64,000 bases of DNA, taken from the NCBI GenBank assembly GCA_965644495.1, contig CBFFSA010000001.1, positions 1,426,001 to 1,490,000 of the forward strand, given 5' to 3'. Position 1 is the stretch's first letter. Each line of letters starts with the position of its first letter. Position numbers and translations under genes: made by a program. The notes below the pieces were generated by a model. That model was not told where the DNA came from and made no database searches. It was given only the letters and a program-made list of their open reading frames with translations. The stretch is from Perkinsela sp. CCAP 1560/9 (Eukaryota > Protista > Euglenozoa: Kinetoplastea). Below, in pieces: positions 12,949 through 25,689 of the stretch.

Positions 12949-15310
12949 TTTTTTTTTTTTTTTTTTTTTTTTTTTGTTTTTATGCAAATAAAGAAAATTT
13001 TTCTCTCTCTTTCTCCTCTTTCTCACCTCTTGACATACTTTTCCCACCTTTCTCCCTACTTTCCTGCTTTCCCCTACCCAACTTTTCAACTTTTCAGGGG
13101 GGGTAAGGTCTCCCTCAGCTTCGCCTCACCCGGCCTGCAGGCGGCTCCTCAACCATTCGCGCGTTCCCGACCGGGTCTTTCGACCTCTCCACGGCCTGAC
13201 TTGTGGACCTTTCCCTTGTTATACGGGAGGGCGCAGGCGCGGGCCTGTGTCGACAGCGACACGGTCGCGAAACAGGATGCTGGCCGACGGGGAGGAGATT
13301 CACTACCCGTGTACTACCTCACTTGGGGTACCTAGCCCTGACGGACTAGGCGTGAGTATAGACTCTGTCGACGAGACCAGCACCCTCAGCCTTCGAACAT
13401 GCCGGGATCCGCGAGCCTTGGTTTAGGCTACTGCAAAATAAGTGCCGGTTGTGGATCTTCAGCCGGCATGCGTGAGACAAGCATTCTCGATTGAGAACGC
13501 ATCAGGGTGAGGTTAAGCTCTTGAAGCAGCTGACGGGTAGCTGCTTCTTGAGATAGAGTCCCCTGGGAACATGAGGCGCGATGCTTCCCAACCCATCTAA
13601 GGATTGATAGGGCACTTGCACTCCAAGCACCATATGATTCTACCACCATGGCAACAAACACATGTTTTGCTTGTTCCGCCTCCTCTCTCTCTTTCACCTT
13701 GTGAGAAGCGGCGTAGTGCTCCGCAAATGATCCTGCCGCCACCCCGTTAGCGTTGCGGACTAAGTCCGTGTATTTAGGTTGCTGAACGTGGGTGACAGCA
13801 AAATCAAGCACCAGACCTTGAGCTTTCTCATAGCCCGGAATAAAGACATCGCCCGGCCTCGTGGGACAGCCGCCAGGCCCTAGGTTCCCCAGGCTTACCT
13901 CACGTGAAGGTGATAAATTCGCCTTGGAGCACGTGTCGGTGAATTGTGTAATGAGCGCATTGTGGCGGGAGATCAGTCCATTCCCACTTTTGCAAGACAC
14001 TGCATGGTTTCCTTCGAGGTCGAGAGGTTGTTGGCATGTGTTAATTGGGCACGTGCTCAACTCGTTGTAGACCTTGGCACCTAACCACCACCTGGAGAGG
14101 GCGCGGAATTCTGTGGGTGTGTAAGCGTGGCCAAGCTCTGTTGATGGGATGCAAAATGCCCAGCTGCTGGCCCCATCTCCAGTCTGAGAGGTGTACCTCG
14201 CGCGAGTGCTACTGTCCGCCGCTGCGTACGCACATGAAAATTCGTGCGCCGAGATTGCGTCGCTCAAGGCACGTTGACGGGGGGTGCAAGAATTGTCCGT
14301 TTCTGTACTTTGACTAGATCCTGTCGGAAAAGGGGAGCTGATCTCCTCTAATTCTCTTCCCGTGTCCGGATCAACTACGGGGCCTCCGCTCCGGCGATTG
14401 ATGTCCAGGACTGCGGAAGAGAATCCTTCTGCATCTGACGGTAGCCAACGATCCGTCTCTGCAGCAAAAGCAACTGAAGACACGTACGCCGCTGAGCGGT
14501 GCGCAGATGCAGATCGGAGACCAAAACCTCCATACCGTTTCGGGCGTTGAACTTGTGATCGAGCTGAGGAGCTAAGCGGGCATATATTCCATTCATACGC
14601 ATGGAGGACTGCTTCATCAAGGCGCTGACAGAGTGCAGAAAGCTCATGTGGTGGGGTAGTTCGAAGCGAATGGACCATTTGACAAAAACCCGCACACTGT
14701 CTGATCAATGACAAGGCAATTTGAGGATCTTCGAGCATTTCTATAGCTTCCAGGGTCTCTTCTGCCGGTTCCACGGCGCGTGTCGTAAGGAAATCTATGC
14801 AATGTTGAGCAGAGCCTATGGGGCTCCCAAGAATGTCAAAATTTCCTTCGCGGTTTATCTTGGGTTCCGGAATATCGGAAAAAAGAGCAGTTTGGTGTGC
14901 CGAGGCAGGGTTCGTTATTATTTCGCATTTAGAGGTATTGATGTGAAGACCCCACTTAGGACCAAAACGAGAAAGAGTCTCTAAAGCGAAACTGACGTCT
15001 TCGGCCTTACCGGCTATTACCCCGTCGTCGAGGTACCAGAGGTGAAGCTGGAGACTGCCTGGGAGTGCTTCTTTGATCATTTTCGCGGCTTCGAGCATTA
15101 CGAGGGAAAAAAGGAGAGGCCCTAGGGGGTCCCCTTGTTGAACCCCCTCGGATGATGGAAGAGTTCTGGAACCGTAAGTTAGGAGACTATCCGTGGAGTA
15201 GGTCCACTCCACCCATGCTGACAATTCTGGAAAATGTTTGCGAAGTAAGGCGATGAACGCAGATCTGGATACTCTATTGAACGCGTTCGCTAGGTCCACC
15301 TTACATAGCA
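12949..15310 (-). mobile_element. Family B CRE-like element B1, 5'-truncated (RT-RLE ORF ending at 13428, 3' UTR, poly(A))
   Basis: VDLANAFN, GVQQGDPLGPLLF, WYLDDG, C..C..H...C, RHNA and RPGD..LDFAV; poly(T) at 12949-12975. Confidence 0.92.
13153..13385 (-). ncRNA. Conserved structured 3'-UTR RNA block of family B (copy in B1)
   Basis: Near-identical to 33183-33415 although the linked ORFs and distal UTRs diverge. Contains tetraloop hairpins. Confidence 0.6.
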
Positions 15311-15461
15311 CAAAGTTCATACATACATACATACATACATACATAAACATTGGCAGATAATACATTATTGTCTACCAATTGGTAAACTCTCTATTCTCCC
15401 CAAAAAGTCACTATACTTTCACTTAAACTCAAGGACCCTTTCACAATTATTCTTCTGCGAC

Positions 15462-16418
15462 CTACGCTTTTGTCGCTCTACGTCTTGCAAAATTCTTCTT
15501 TTCCTGCGAATCCGTCGATCTCGATTTTTTCTGATTTAGGGATTCTACCGCAATAGAATGTGCCTCGTCGATCAGCTTTGTTTTCCGTTTCCGGGATAAG
15601 CAAGTTCTTTCTGGAATGGTGCAATTCGGTTGTTCCATCATAATCTTTAGGGCCCTGATCCATGAATATTCAGAAAATAGCACTATTTTCCCCTGAGTAT
15701 TCGGTTTAATTCTCTTGACACGTGGCTCATTTTCAGTATGTTTTCTTGATAAAGAGTCCGCTTCAGAATTCCACTTATTACCGCAGTGTGCTCGAACCTT
15801 AATAATATTGATTGTAATTCCATTGTTTTTCAATGATCGTAAGCAAGAGTCAAGAAATTGCAGCAGATCTGAGTTTGACCCATCGTACCCAACAAGTCTC
15901 TCCCTTTTTTGATGAATGTGCACAAAATCCCACACGTAGTAGGAGTCCGTGTGTATGCTGACATATTTAGAGGTATTTATATGACTGAGGCCAACAAGAA
16001 TAGCATGTACTTCAGCTCGCTCCGGTGAGGTTGTCTCTGCGGCCGATAGCATACATGTATATGATTCATTGTGACTTCCTTGTAAAGTAACGCATCCGAC
16101 GGCTGGACTCCTCGAAGCAATACTCCGATCCGGAATCGATGCATCGACATATACATGCAACTCCTCAGGCCTAATTGGAAAGAGTTTTTCACCTTCTTCC
16201 ACAAATTGAAGCTTACTGGAATCTGGGTCTTTACATAGTCTAGCTTGTGTCGTTTTCCATTTTGGGTTCTTGACCCCCACCAGGGATACACTAGGTTCTA
16301 AGGACTCTTGCAAATTTGCTAAAGATTTGTTTGCCGCAAATTGATCCCAGGACCCAAGTGTGTGAGACGACGCCTCCTCCTCGAAGGTCGGATTTTGCTC
16401 TTCAACGGATGTGGGCAT
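15462..16418 (-). CDS. Stand-alone RNase H1-like protein, 318 aa, complete SL-capped retrocopy (RH3)
   Basis: SL at 16455-16486, 36-nt 5' UTR, then ATG; YVDAS, ERAEVHA, HTDSYY and KVRAHCGNKWNSEAD; stop followed by a 3' UTR with (ATGT)n. Confidence 0.88.
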   Translation of the reverse strand: MPTSVEEQNPTFEEEASSHTLGSWDQFAANKSLANLQESLEPSVSLVGVKNPKWKTTQARLCKDPDSSKLQFVEEGEKLFPIRPEELHVYVDASIPDRSIASRSPAVGCVTLQGSHNESYTCMLSAAETTSPERAEVHAILVGLSHINTSKYVSIHTDSYYVWDFVHIHQKRERLVGYDGSNSDLLQFLDSCLRSLKNNGITINIIKVRAHCGNKWNSEADSLSRKHTENEPRVKRIKPNTQGKIVLFSEYSWIRALKIMMEQPNCTIPERTCLSRKRKTKLIDEAHSIAVESLNQKKSRSTDSQEKKNFARRRATKA

Positions 16419-16484
16419 GGGATCGCGACCCGGGTAACAAAGAACAAATTAATACAACAAGGTACAGAAACTGTATCTTTATCG

Positions 16485-17174
16485 TTTTTTTTTTTTTTTT
16501 TTTTTTGCAAATAATTGGGGGGAATAGTATTGAGTCTAACTTTTTATGTATGGAGTCCAACTTTTCCACAATTTCCACACTTACGGCCCTTCACTTTCCC
16601 TTACTCCCCATACTTTCCACACCTACTCCTCTTAGCCCTCTCGTACTTCCCTTCCCTCACTCCCTACCCCACTCACCGATCCGCATGCACCCAGGCCCGT
16701 ATGGTCCTGCACCTCCGCTCCCACCCCGTTAGCAGTAATAAATACTTTTGGTTGCCGTACGAGGGTGGGAGACGTGGAGGCCACGAAACACAAAGACGTC
16801 GTCACGCCGAGGGAGAAGAGCGCGGAGAGAGACACGGGGCGACTGACGCAGGGGCGAGAGGAGGCGAAGCACGGGCCCATCTGCCAGGAACTCTGCCCCC
16901 ACCCCGTGAGCAAGTATTGTATACTTTTGGCTGCTGACACGGGGGTGGGGGACGCGAGAGAGAAACACAACAGGGGGGCAAGCGCACTGCGGAGGGAGGG
17001 TGAGGTGGGGGGATGCGGCGCAGGGGGGTGATGGGACGAGACGGGGAAGGGGGATGCCGACAAAAAGGAGTGTATTTGAGGGGGGTGCCCTCCCATGGTC
17101 TGGAAGATGGTGTATGGAAGAAAAGGGGAAATAATTCAACAAGGTACAGAAACTGTATCTTTATCGTTAAAGAT
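16485..17174 (-). mobile_element. SL-capped non-coding SINE-like satellite S1, full length
   Basis: SL at 17137-17174, two repeated hairpins, a 3' tail shared with B3, and poly(A). Three more copies occur in the window. Confidence 0.88.
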
Positions 17175-17175
17175 C

Positions 17176-17586
17176 TTTTTTTTTTTTTTTTTTTTTTTTA
17201 AAGAAAATTTTTCTCTCTCTTTCTCCTCTTTCTCACCTCTTGACATACTTTTCCCACCTTTCTCCCTACTTTCCTGCTTTCCCCTACCCAACTTTTCAAC
17301 TTTTCAGGGGGGGTAAGGTCTCCCTCAGCTTCGCCTCACCCGGCCTGCAGGCGGCTCCTCAACCATTCGCGCGTTCCGGACCGGGTCTTTCGACCTCTCC
17401 ACGGCCTGACTTGTGGACCCTTCCCTTGTTATACGGGAGGGCGCAGGCGCGGGCCTGTGTCGACAGCGACACGGTCGCGAAACAGGATGCTGGCCGACGG
17501 GGAGGAGATTCACTACCCGTGTACTACCTCACTTGGGGTACCTAGCCTTGACGGACTAGGCGTGAGCATAGACTCTGTCGACTCGA

Positions 17587-17622
<36 letters not shown>

Positions 17623-18600
17623 CACAGTAAAAATAAAAACAAGCAATCCGGACCCAATCCATTCGCGCGTTCCGGACCGGGTCTTTCGACCACTCCACGG
17701 CCTGACTTGTGAACCCTTCCAGGGTTCACTTTTTTTTTTTTTTTTTTTTTTTTTCATTTCCACAGAAGTATATTTTCTTTTTCTTTTTTCTCAGCCCAAA
17801 ACTAGCAATTCAATCTCCCCTAAGTATATACGACAAATAAGACACAGTAAAAATAAAAACAAGCAATCCAGACCCAATCCATTCGCGCGTTCCGGACCGG
17901 GTCTTTCGACCACTCCACGGCCTGACTTGTGTACCCTTCCCTTGTTAGTGTACCCTTCCCTTGTGTACCCTTTCCCTCTTTTTTTTTTTTTTTTTTTGTC
18001 TTCGTTATTTTTTTTTTTTTGCAATCAAATTAGCAATTTTATATTGTTTTTATGCAAATAAAGAAAATTTTTCTCTCTCTTTCTCCTCTTTCTCACCTCT
18101 TGACATACTTTTCCCACCTTTCTCCCTACTTTCCTGCTTTCCCCTACCCAACTTTTCAACTTTTCAGGGGGGGTAAGGTCTCCCTCAGCTTCGCCTCACC
18201 CGGCCTGCAGGCGGCTCCTCAACCATTCGCGCGTTCCGGACCGGGTCTTTCGACCTCTCCACGGCCTGACTTGTGGACCCTTCCCTTGTTATACGGGAGG
18301 GCGCAGGCGCGGGCCTGTGTCGACAGCGACACGGTCGCGAAACAGGATGCTGGCCGACGGGGAGGAGATTCACTACCCGTGTACTACCTCACTTGGGGTA
18401 CCTAGCCCTGACGGACTAGGCGTGAGTATAGACTCTGTCGACGAGACCAGCACCCTCAGCCTTCGAACATGCCGGGATCCGCGAGCCTTGGTTTAGGCTA
18501 CTGCAAAATAAGTGCCGGTTGTGGATCTTCAGCCGGCATGCGTGAGACAAGCATTCTCGATTGAGAACGCATCAGGGTGAGGTTAAGCTCTTGAAAGGTT
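17176..18600 (-). mobile_element. Chain of four or more short polyadenylated family-B 3'-UTR cDNAs
   Basis: Poly(T) tracts at 17176, 17589, 17730, 17979 and 18008, most followed by B1- or B2-type UTR sequence. Confidence 0.85.
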
Positions 18601-19155
18601 AAAGCTCTTTTTTTTTTTTTTTTTTTTTTTTTTGTTAAAGTTTTTTAGTATTGATTCTAATGTTTATATCTACGTTTCGAACTTTCCTCCACTTAAAACC
18701 TTTCACCCTACTTCCTTCCTTCCCCTACTTCCTTCCACTCACCACACTCACTTCCCTTCCCCCACTTACGCCCTACCGACTGACGCGTCCCCGACTGACC
18801 GGCTCGTCCGCACTGTGGCCCATGTGGTCCAGGACCTCCGCTCCCACCCCGTTAGCAGTATAAGATACTTTGTGTTGCTGTACGAGGGTGGGAGACGTGG
18901 AGGTGTCCTCCTCTCCCACCCCGTTAGCAGTATAAGATACTTTGAGTTGCTGTGCGAGGGTGGGAGACTTGGAGGAGACGAAACGCATAGCCGCCGTCAC
19001 GCCGAGGGCAAAAAGCGGGAAGAGGGACATGGCGGGACGGACGCGGGGACAAGGAGAAACGACGCCCGAGCCCATCGGTGTGGACCTCTGCCCCCACCCC
19101 GTGAGCAAGTATACAATACTTTGGGCTGCTGGCACGGGGGTGGGGGACGCAAGAG

Positions 19156-22100
19156 CAAAAAGCGACTACGCTGGGCGCCACAAAATCTGGAATCAAACAC
19201 TTTCAGCTATGAAAGTCTCTCTGGCAACAATTCGAAGCTCTAGCGGACGACAACGACGGCGGAAACCACACAAGGAGCACACGAGCCCGCAGGACGGCTC
19301 ATCAGAAGAGGCAAAGACAACTGCCGATGACGTGCGAGCAGTAAAGAAAGCGACAAGACTCGTGCTTGAGGGGTGCTCCACTAAAGCGGCCAAGGTCATG
19401 GGTCAGATCTTCACCCGCAACAAGCTGTCCGACGCCGAAACGCTGGAAAAATTGCGAATGCTTCACCCTGCACAAACATGTGACTTCAAACTGCCAGATG
19501 ACGCGCCAATCATCGCCGGGGTCTCTCCAGAGGAGCTGCGTGCAGCAGGTCGAAGGCTAGCGAAGGGAGTCAGCCCAGGCCCAACGGGAACGACTGACAA
19601 CGTGCTACGACTTCTGCTGGACGATGAAGTGTGCTGCACGAGCCTTTGTCACATGATGGCCGATCTACTGAACGGTTTTCTTTCGCGACAAGTTTTACGG
19701 CGGCTAAACAGAGCGAGGTTGATCGCTATCCCGAAACCAGATGGAGGCGTTCGGCCAGTTGCTATGGGAGACGTTTTTGGAAAGTTAGCGGGAATCATTC
19801 TTTTTCAACGCTATGAAAATACCCTGGAGCCACTTTTTGCGCCAATGCAGCAGGGGATAATGTCAAAAGCGGGCTGCGAGAGGATAGTACACACCCTTCA
19901 CGAAAAATATTTGACAGGCCACTCCATCCTATCCGTAGACTTGAAAAATGCGTTCAACACCCCCTCCAGGAATGACGTCGCAAAGCATGTTTTCGGTATC
20001 GCAACGCTCCGACCCTTCCAAAGGTATTTTGCGGCTGAATATTCCGAGCAATCTCAGCTTCTCTTCTACGGCAGCGAAGGTAAATTGGTCGACACAGTAT
20101 CAAGTTCCTCAGGAGTAAAACAGGGATCGCCACTATCCACGCTGTATTTCTGCACATACCTACAACCTGTATTGGAAACCCTTGCAGAAGAATTTCCTGG
20201 CATCAACATACATGCGTACATCGACGATATCAATTTGACATCCGAAGATCCGAATCAGCTCACGAACGCTTTTAAAAGGCTGAAGGCACTTGTCGCATCT
20301 AGCAATCTTGCACTATCGGCGCATAAATGTGTTTGGTTTGGTGGCATCCTCGGCAAGTCCATTCCAGAAGCTCTTCAAGCCGAAGGAGTACAAACCGAGA
20401 GCCAGGCCACTAAAGTACTGGGGGCTTTTATTGGAGAAGACGACGCCATCAGTCAAAAATTGCTCCAAAAGATCGGCAAACAAGAAGTAATATTCCGCAG
20501 GCTAAAGCTAATGGGCATGAGTAACGTATCCCTCATCCTTTTGACAAAAAGTGTGAACGTTCGTCAACAGTACTACATGAGGACACACAACCCCAAGGCC
20601 ACGGATCAAACATGTAAACGTTTTGATAGCGAAATCGAGAACGTACTTCAAACATGGATGGGCCCATTGCAGACTAGACAAATTGACATAGCAAGGTTAC
20701 CCCTGAAGAAAGGAGGACTTGGTCTCACGGCGTGTCACCCAACGCGCGCGGCAGCTTATGAAGCTTCCCGACACACAGCTTTTGAGCATATAAAATCTTT
20801 TTCAGCTCGAGTTGTGCCGTCACAGTTTCATAGCACTGAACACGCTGGGACAGCAAATGAACAAGAACTCGCTCGTCAAAAACCACCTACTGACGAAATT
20901 ACCGCTGCAGCGAAACTTCATGAGGAAGCATGGAACAAACTCGTAAGCGATCCACAAATGGCCGGGACGTTAAAAGCAACCTCCAATAAGGGGAGTTATG
21001 ACTGGCTACTGTCCAATGTAAGATATGTACCACCGCACTTATTCGAGCTAGCAGTCATGCCCCGTCTTGGAGTACATCACCCGAGACTTCCTGATGCTAT
21101 GACTTGCCCTGGATGCCGAACATTGATGGATGCAAACACTGCACTAACTCACATCCCCGGATGCGTGCAATGTACAGGTTTCAACGCCACAGCGAAGCAC
21201 AACATGTTGACCAAGTTTCTATATGATCTTTGCATGAAAGCTGGTATTCCATGCGAAAGAGAGCCGCGTTCTTTTAGCACGTGGAGTTGTCTAACATGCG
21301 GAAATACAGTCGACTACAACAATCAGCATCTCCACCACAAAACATGCGGAGGACGGCAGTTTCATCGCTCAGGCCCGGATCTTGCGATCTACTGGAACAG
21401 TGGCGTGGTGTTCTACGACCTCCAATCCATCCAATCCAAAATACCGACAAAGTCGGCTAAAATACTTAGCACTTTCACATCAAACACTTCCATCTCTATC
21501 ACCTCCAAATTCAGAGTTTTTGTGCCTCCAATACTAGAGCACACAAACCGCATAAAGTAATGGAATATAAAAACTTCCTCAAGGCATATTCTAGCACACG
21601 TACGGAGATACACAGCAAGCACTCACACTTACTTTGGTGTCCCCCTTCCACCGCCAGTTCTCGTAACTTTCTGGCGAATAACAACTCTTTCCTCTGCCTC
21701 ACGTTTAGGCGCGGATGAGGCTTTCACTGCACGCTGACTTTTCGCGTTTCGTTTTGCAAACTGCTGAGCAGTGGTTTGCGAATTTGAAGACTTTCTTCTC
21801 TTTATTTCAGGTTCGCTTACTTTCTTTCTAGATGCAGACAATGCGAGCGAGTCTGCTGCCTCGTTCCAAGGATTTCCCGAGTGAGATTTAACTTTACACA
21901 TGTATATTTGTACCCCTTGACCCTTCAACGCGCGTAATTTATGGTCGATTTGATCCATCAAGTCTCCATTTGCAATTCCGATGTAGCCTACAACGCGAAA
22001 ACGTGATCTTAAACTGTGAAAATATTGCCAAACGTAACAAGAATCAGTATGAAAAACGCAAGAGAGTGATCCTTCTGGAATTTTCGAAATAGCCTCACGA

Positions 22101-22721
22101 AATGCTAATAATTCGGCCCTCTCACTTGTTCCCACCTCCAACGGAATAGAGTAGTAGGTTCTACGACCTAACTGTGGTGCACGAGCTCGCGCCTTCCCAT
22201 CGGAATAAAAAGTGTTCCCAACTCGTGCGAGAAGCTATACAGCGGAAAAATGAAACATATGTCAATAGTGGCATGATTCCGGCGGAAGCTTTTGAGTGCC
22301 TTCCTGTCTTGTCCTGCGGGTCTTTACATAAGAGCACACGGGGCCTAATTAAATCACTGACGGATGTCTGCCTGTTGGATACCCAAAAAACCGAACAGGC
22401 ATTCAAGTTGCTACTCCAAGAGCTGAACGGATCCGAAGTATACGCACAGCTCCGACATTTTTTGGAGCCTCAAGACTATCAGAAAAGCACTATTCTTTAA
22501 GAAATCAAAAGTACAGAAAAGATACAAATTGGAATTATAAAGTCTGCGAAGAGATAGACAAAAATCAGTACTAAAAGTTTATGTAAACTTGAGAAAGTAA
22601 AAAAAAAAAAAGTATATAAGTTTACGATAAGAAATTTAGGAGACTTTAAAAAAAGAGCGCAAGCTCGTCAGTATTGCCAGGATCTTTCGGAAGAGGAGTG
22701 GCTGTTTGCAAAAAAAAAAAA
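19156..22721 (+). mobile_element. 5'-truncated A1 copy (RT, Zn finger, RLE, 3' UTR, poly(A))
   Basis: Near-identical to 10942-11595 and 29907-31940; VDLKNAFN, GVKQGSPLS, YIDD and SGPDL; 9-bp TSD. Confidence 0.92.
21422..22157 (-). pseudogene. RNase H1-like fragment (RH4) inserted antisense into the A1 RLE domain
   Basis: ERAELLA, HTDSCY and KVKSHSGNPWNEAAD; TSD GTTCTACGACCT at 21410-21421 and 22158-22169. Confidence 0.85.
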
Positions 22722-22962
22722 ACGCAAGAGAGGAAAACAACAGAACGACAAGCGCGCTGACACGGAAGGTCGAGGTGGGGGGATACGGCGCAGGGGGATG
22801 ATGGGACGAGAGAGGGAGGGGGGATGCCGACAAGAAAGTGTGTATTTGAGGGGGGTGCCCTCCCATGGTCTGGAAGTTGGTGTAGGGAAGAAAAAGGAAA
22901 TAATTCAACAAGGTACAGAAACTGTATCTTTATCGTTAAAGATTTTTTTTAAGTAAGTTAGG

Positions 22963-23403
22963 TTTTTTTTTTTTTTTTGCAATTAATAAGGGGGGAGAAG
23001 TATGAATCGCGGCATTGCCTCTATATTTTGACCCAGTAGACGAACCAAGTAGGTCCATTGGGGGGGGTATACGAGTTAAAAACAAGCAATCAAATTAGCA
23101 ATTCTTTTTGTTTCCACAGATGTACCTTTTGTTTTTTCTCAGCCCAAAACTAGCAATTTAATCTCCCCTAAGTATATACTACAAACAAGAAACAGTAAAA
23201 ACTAAAACAAGCAATACAGACCCAATCCATTCGCGCGTTCCGGACCGGGTCTTTCGACCACTCCACGGCCTGACTTGTGAACCCTTCCCTTGCTATATGG
23301 GAGGGCGCAGGCGCGGGCCTGTGTCGACAGCGACACGGTCGCGAAACAGGATGCTGGTCGACGGGGAGGAGATTCACTACCCGTGTACTACCTCACTTGG
23401 GGT

Positions 23404-23404
<1 letters not shown>
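22963..23404 (-). mobile_element. Family B2 3'-UTR cDNA with poly(A)
   Basis: Reverse complement of ~33237-33662. Confidence 0.88.
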
Positions 23405-23406
<2 letters not shown>

Positions 23407-23438
<32 letters not shown>

Positions 23439-25396
23439 ATATAATTGGGGGGAGTAGTATTGAGTCTAATGTTTTTATGTACGTTTCGAACTTTCCACGA
23501 ATTAAAAACCTTCACCCTACTTCCTTCCTTCCCCTACTTCCTTCCTTCCTTCCTTCCTTCCCCTACTTCCTTCCCCTCACTACATTCACTTCCCTTCCCC
23601 CCCCACTTAATCCCGAAACTAGCAAACCAAAAACTAGCAAACCCCTACCTCCCTTCAAAACGCCAACCCCGTACCTTAAAATCCGCAGGGAATCCGGACG
23701 CTGGCCACATCCCCCCATCATAGAAAAGGGCCCCCCACCCAAGAAAACTCCCAAGAAAAGCCGCGGGTTCCACGAAGACTACTCTTCGTTCCCGTACCCA
23801 TTAACACAGATATCGGGGGAGGCTGCGGGGAGGCGCAGTACAAGCATACGAGCTTGTGTCCTCATGAGGGCGACGTTCAGCGTTGTCACCAGTTGGTGAA
23901 GGGCTTCACCCTTCGAGAGTCCCCCGGAGTACGCTGACCGTGAAGCAGCTACCTCCTTGAGAATGGCGAAGGCACTGGGACTCCATGCCCCGTAGGTCTC
24001 CACCACCATAGCACCAAACCTGTGGCGTGCGGCTTCTGCTTCCTCTCTTTGTTTCTTTTTGTTTTCCGTCGCGTAGCGCTCCGCGAAAGACCCCGCTGCC
24101 ACCCAGTTAGCGTCACGGACTAAGTCCGTATACTTTGGCTGCTGGACGTGAGTGACAGCGAAGTCTAATACGAGAGACTGGCCTACGTCGAATGTGGAAA
24201 GAAATACGTCCGCTGGCCTGGTGAGGGTGCCTCCGGGGCCCGTATTCCCCAGACTCACTTCTCGCCGTGGGGTAAACCCGGCTTTGGCACACTCTGTTGT
24301 GAACTGTCCCGCAATGGCGTTGTGCCGTGCGATTATGCCGTGCCCGCACTTGCATACCAGTGCGTGGTCACCCTCGGGGTCAAGCGGCAACGAGCATTTC
24401 TCCAGAGGACAGGGCCGGAAAGCTGGGTAAATAGTATCCCCGAGCCACCAACGCACAAGAGTACGAAATTCAGTCGGTGTGTAGGCTAAGCCGCTTTTCT
24501 TGGAAGGGATTACGAAAGCCCACTCCGAGGCCCCTTCTCCCGTTTCCGATGTCCATCTGGCCCTCGTTCGAAGGTCGGCACGAGCAAACGACTCCCGAAA
24601 TTCGTAGGAAGCGATGGCATGACTCAGATCGCGTTGGCGAGGAATTACCAGCTCTGTGCTAGGTTCTTGTGCATCGTTATTCGAGTTAAGCGTGGTCATC
24701 GACAATGCGAGACTTTTTGATATTAATCCGCACTGTTCGACGACTGCCGTCCCGGTGCGTTTGTTGACCTCCCGAACAGCTTGGGTGAACCCCTCAGCGT
24801 CCTCTGGGTCCCACCGGTCTTTGTTTGATGCAAAAGCGACGGAGGCTACGTAGGCGGAACTCGCGTGTTCCTCCGCTGACCGGAGCCCCAACCCCCCGTA
24901 CCGCTTTTCACGTTGAGCCTGGCGTCGGGCCCCATCGCTCAGAGGGCGAAAGAAGTGTTCAGTGGTACGCTGGACGGCATCGTCTAGGCGTTTGCAGACA
25001 TCCTGTAGTTCAGCGGTCGGAGTGGATCTGAGAGAGTACACCATTTGACAGAAACCTGTACAGTGTCGGATCAGAGACAATGCAATCTGGGGATCATCAA
25101 GCGTGGTTATGGCCTCCAACGACTCTTCGGCTAAGTCGATTGCGTTTTGGAGGAAGAACTCTCGGCAAAATTGGGTGGATCCAACCGGGCTCCCCAAAAT
25201 ATGGAAATTACCTTCCCCATTTTTGTTCAAACCGGGAATGTCGGGGAAAAGGGAAGAACGGTGGGAGGAAGCGGGGTGTGATATAAGCTCGCACTTTGCT
25301 ACGTTGAGGTGTAATCCCCATTTTGGGCCGGTTATCGCAATCACGTCTAGAGCATGCCTTACGTCGCAAGATGGTCCTGCTAGTACCCCGTCATCC
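23407..25396 (-). mobile_element. Family B element B3, 5'-truncated (ORF ends at 23779)
   Basis: Begins at DDGVLAG; GGLGL, RHNA and RPAD..LDFAV; purine-rich 3' tail homologous to the S1/S2 tails; poly(A). Confidence 0.92.
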
Positions 25397-25602
25397 CTCT
25401 TTTTTTTTTTTTTTTTTTTTTTTTTGTTAGGAGATCGTTTCGCGCTTGGTCTCGTGAAAGGAGCCCTTTGGATGCATTTTTTTCGTATCGCTGAACGAGA
25501 ATGTTTTTTTTTTAAAACCTCCTGAAGAGGCAATTCTTTCCTATATCACACGCTTCTTTCCGTTCCTCAGCTCGTCTTTCGTTCCGTTCGTTCAGAGCTT
25601 GA

Positions 25603-25674
25603 TAAAACTCACAAGCTTAATAAAACTCACAAGCTTAATAAAACTCACAAGCTTAATAAAACTCACAAGCTTAA
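25603..25674. repeat. 18-bp tandem repeat TAAAACTCACAAGCTTAA (4 copies)
   Basis: Direct inspection. Confidence 0.9.
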
Positions 25675-25689
25675 TACTACCTAACATCA

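Larger units (their letters stand above)
18608..22944 (-). mobile_element. Satellite subfamily S2 (three hairpins), split by a nested insertion
   Basis: Parts 18608-19155 and 22722-22944 (SL at 22906-22944); TSD ACGCAAGAG at 19147-19155 and 22722-22730. Confidence 0.85.

Noticed and set aside
17137-17174. SL RNA genes
   Set aside because: No SL copy is followed by a GT donor or a shared intron, and the downstream sequences are different mRNA 5' UTRs.
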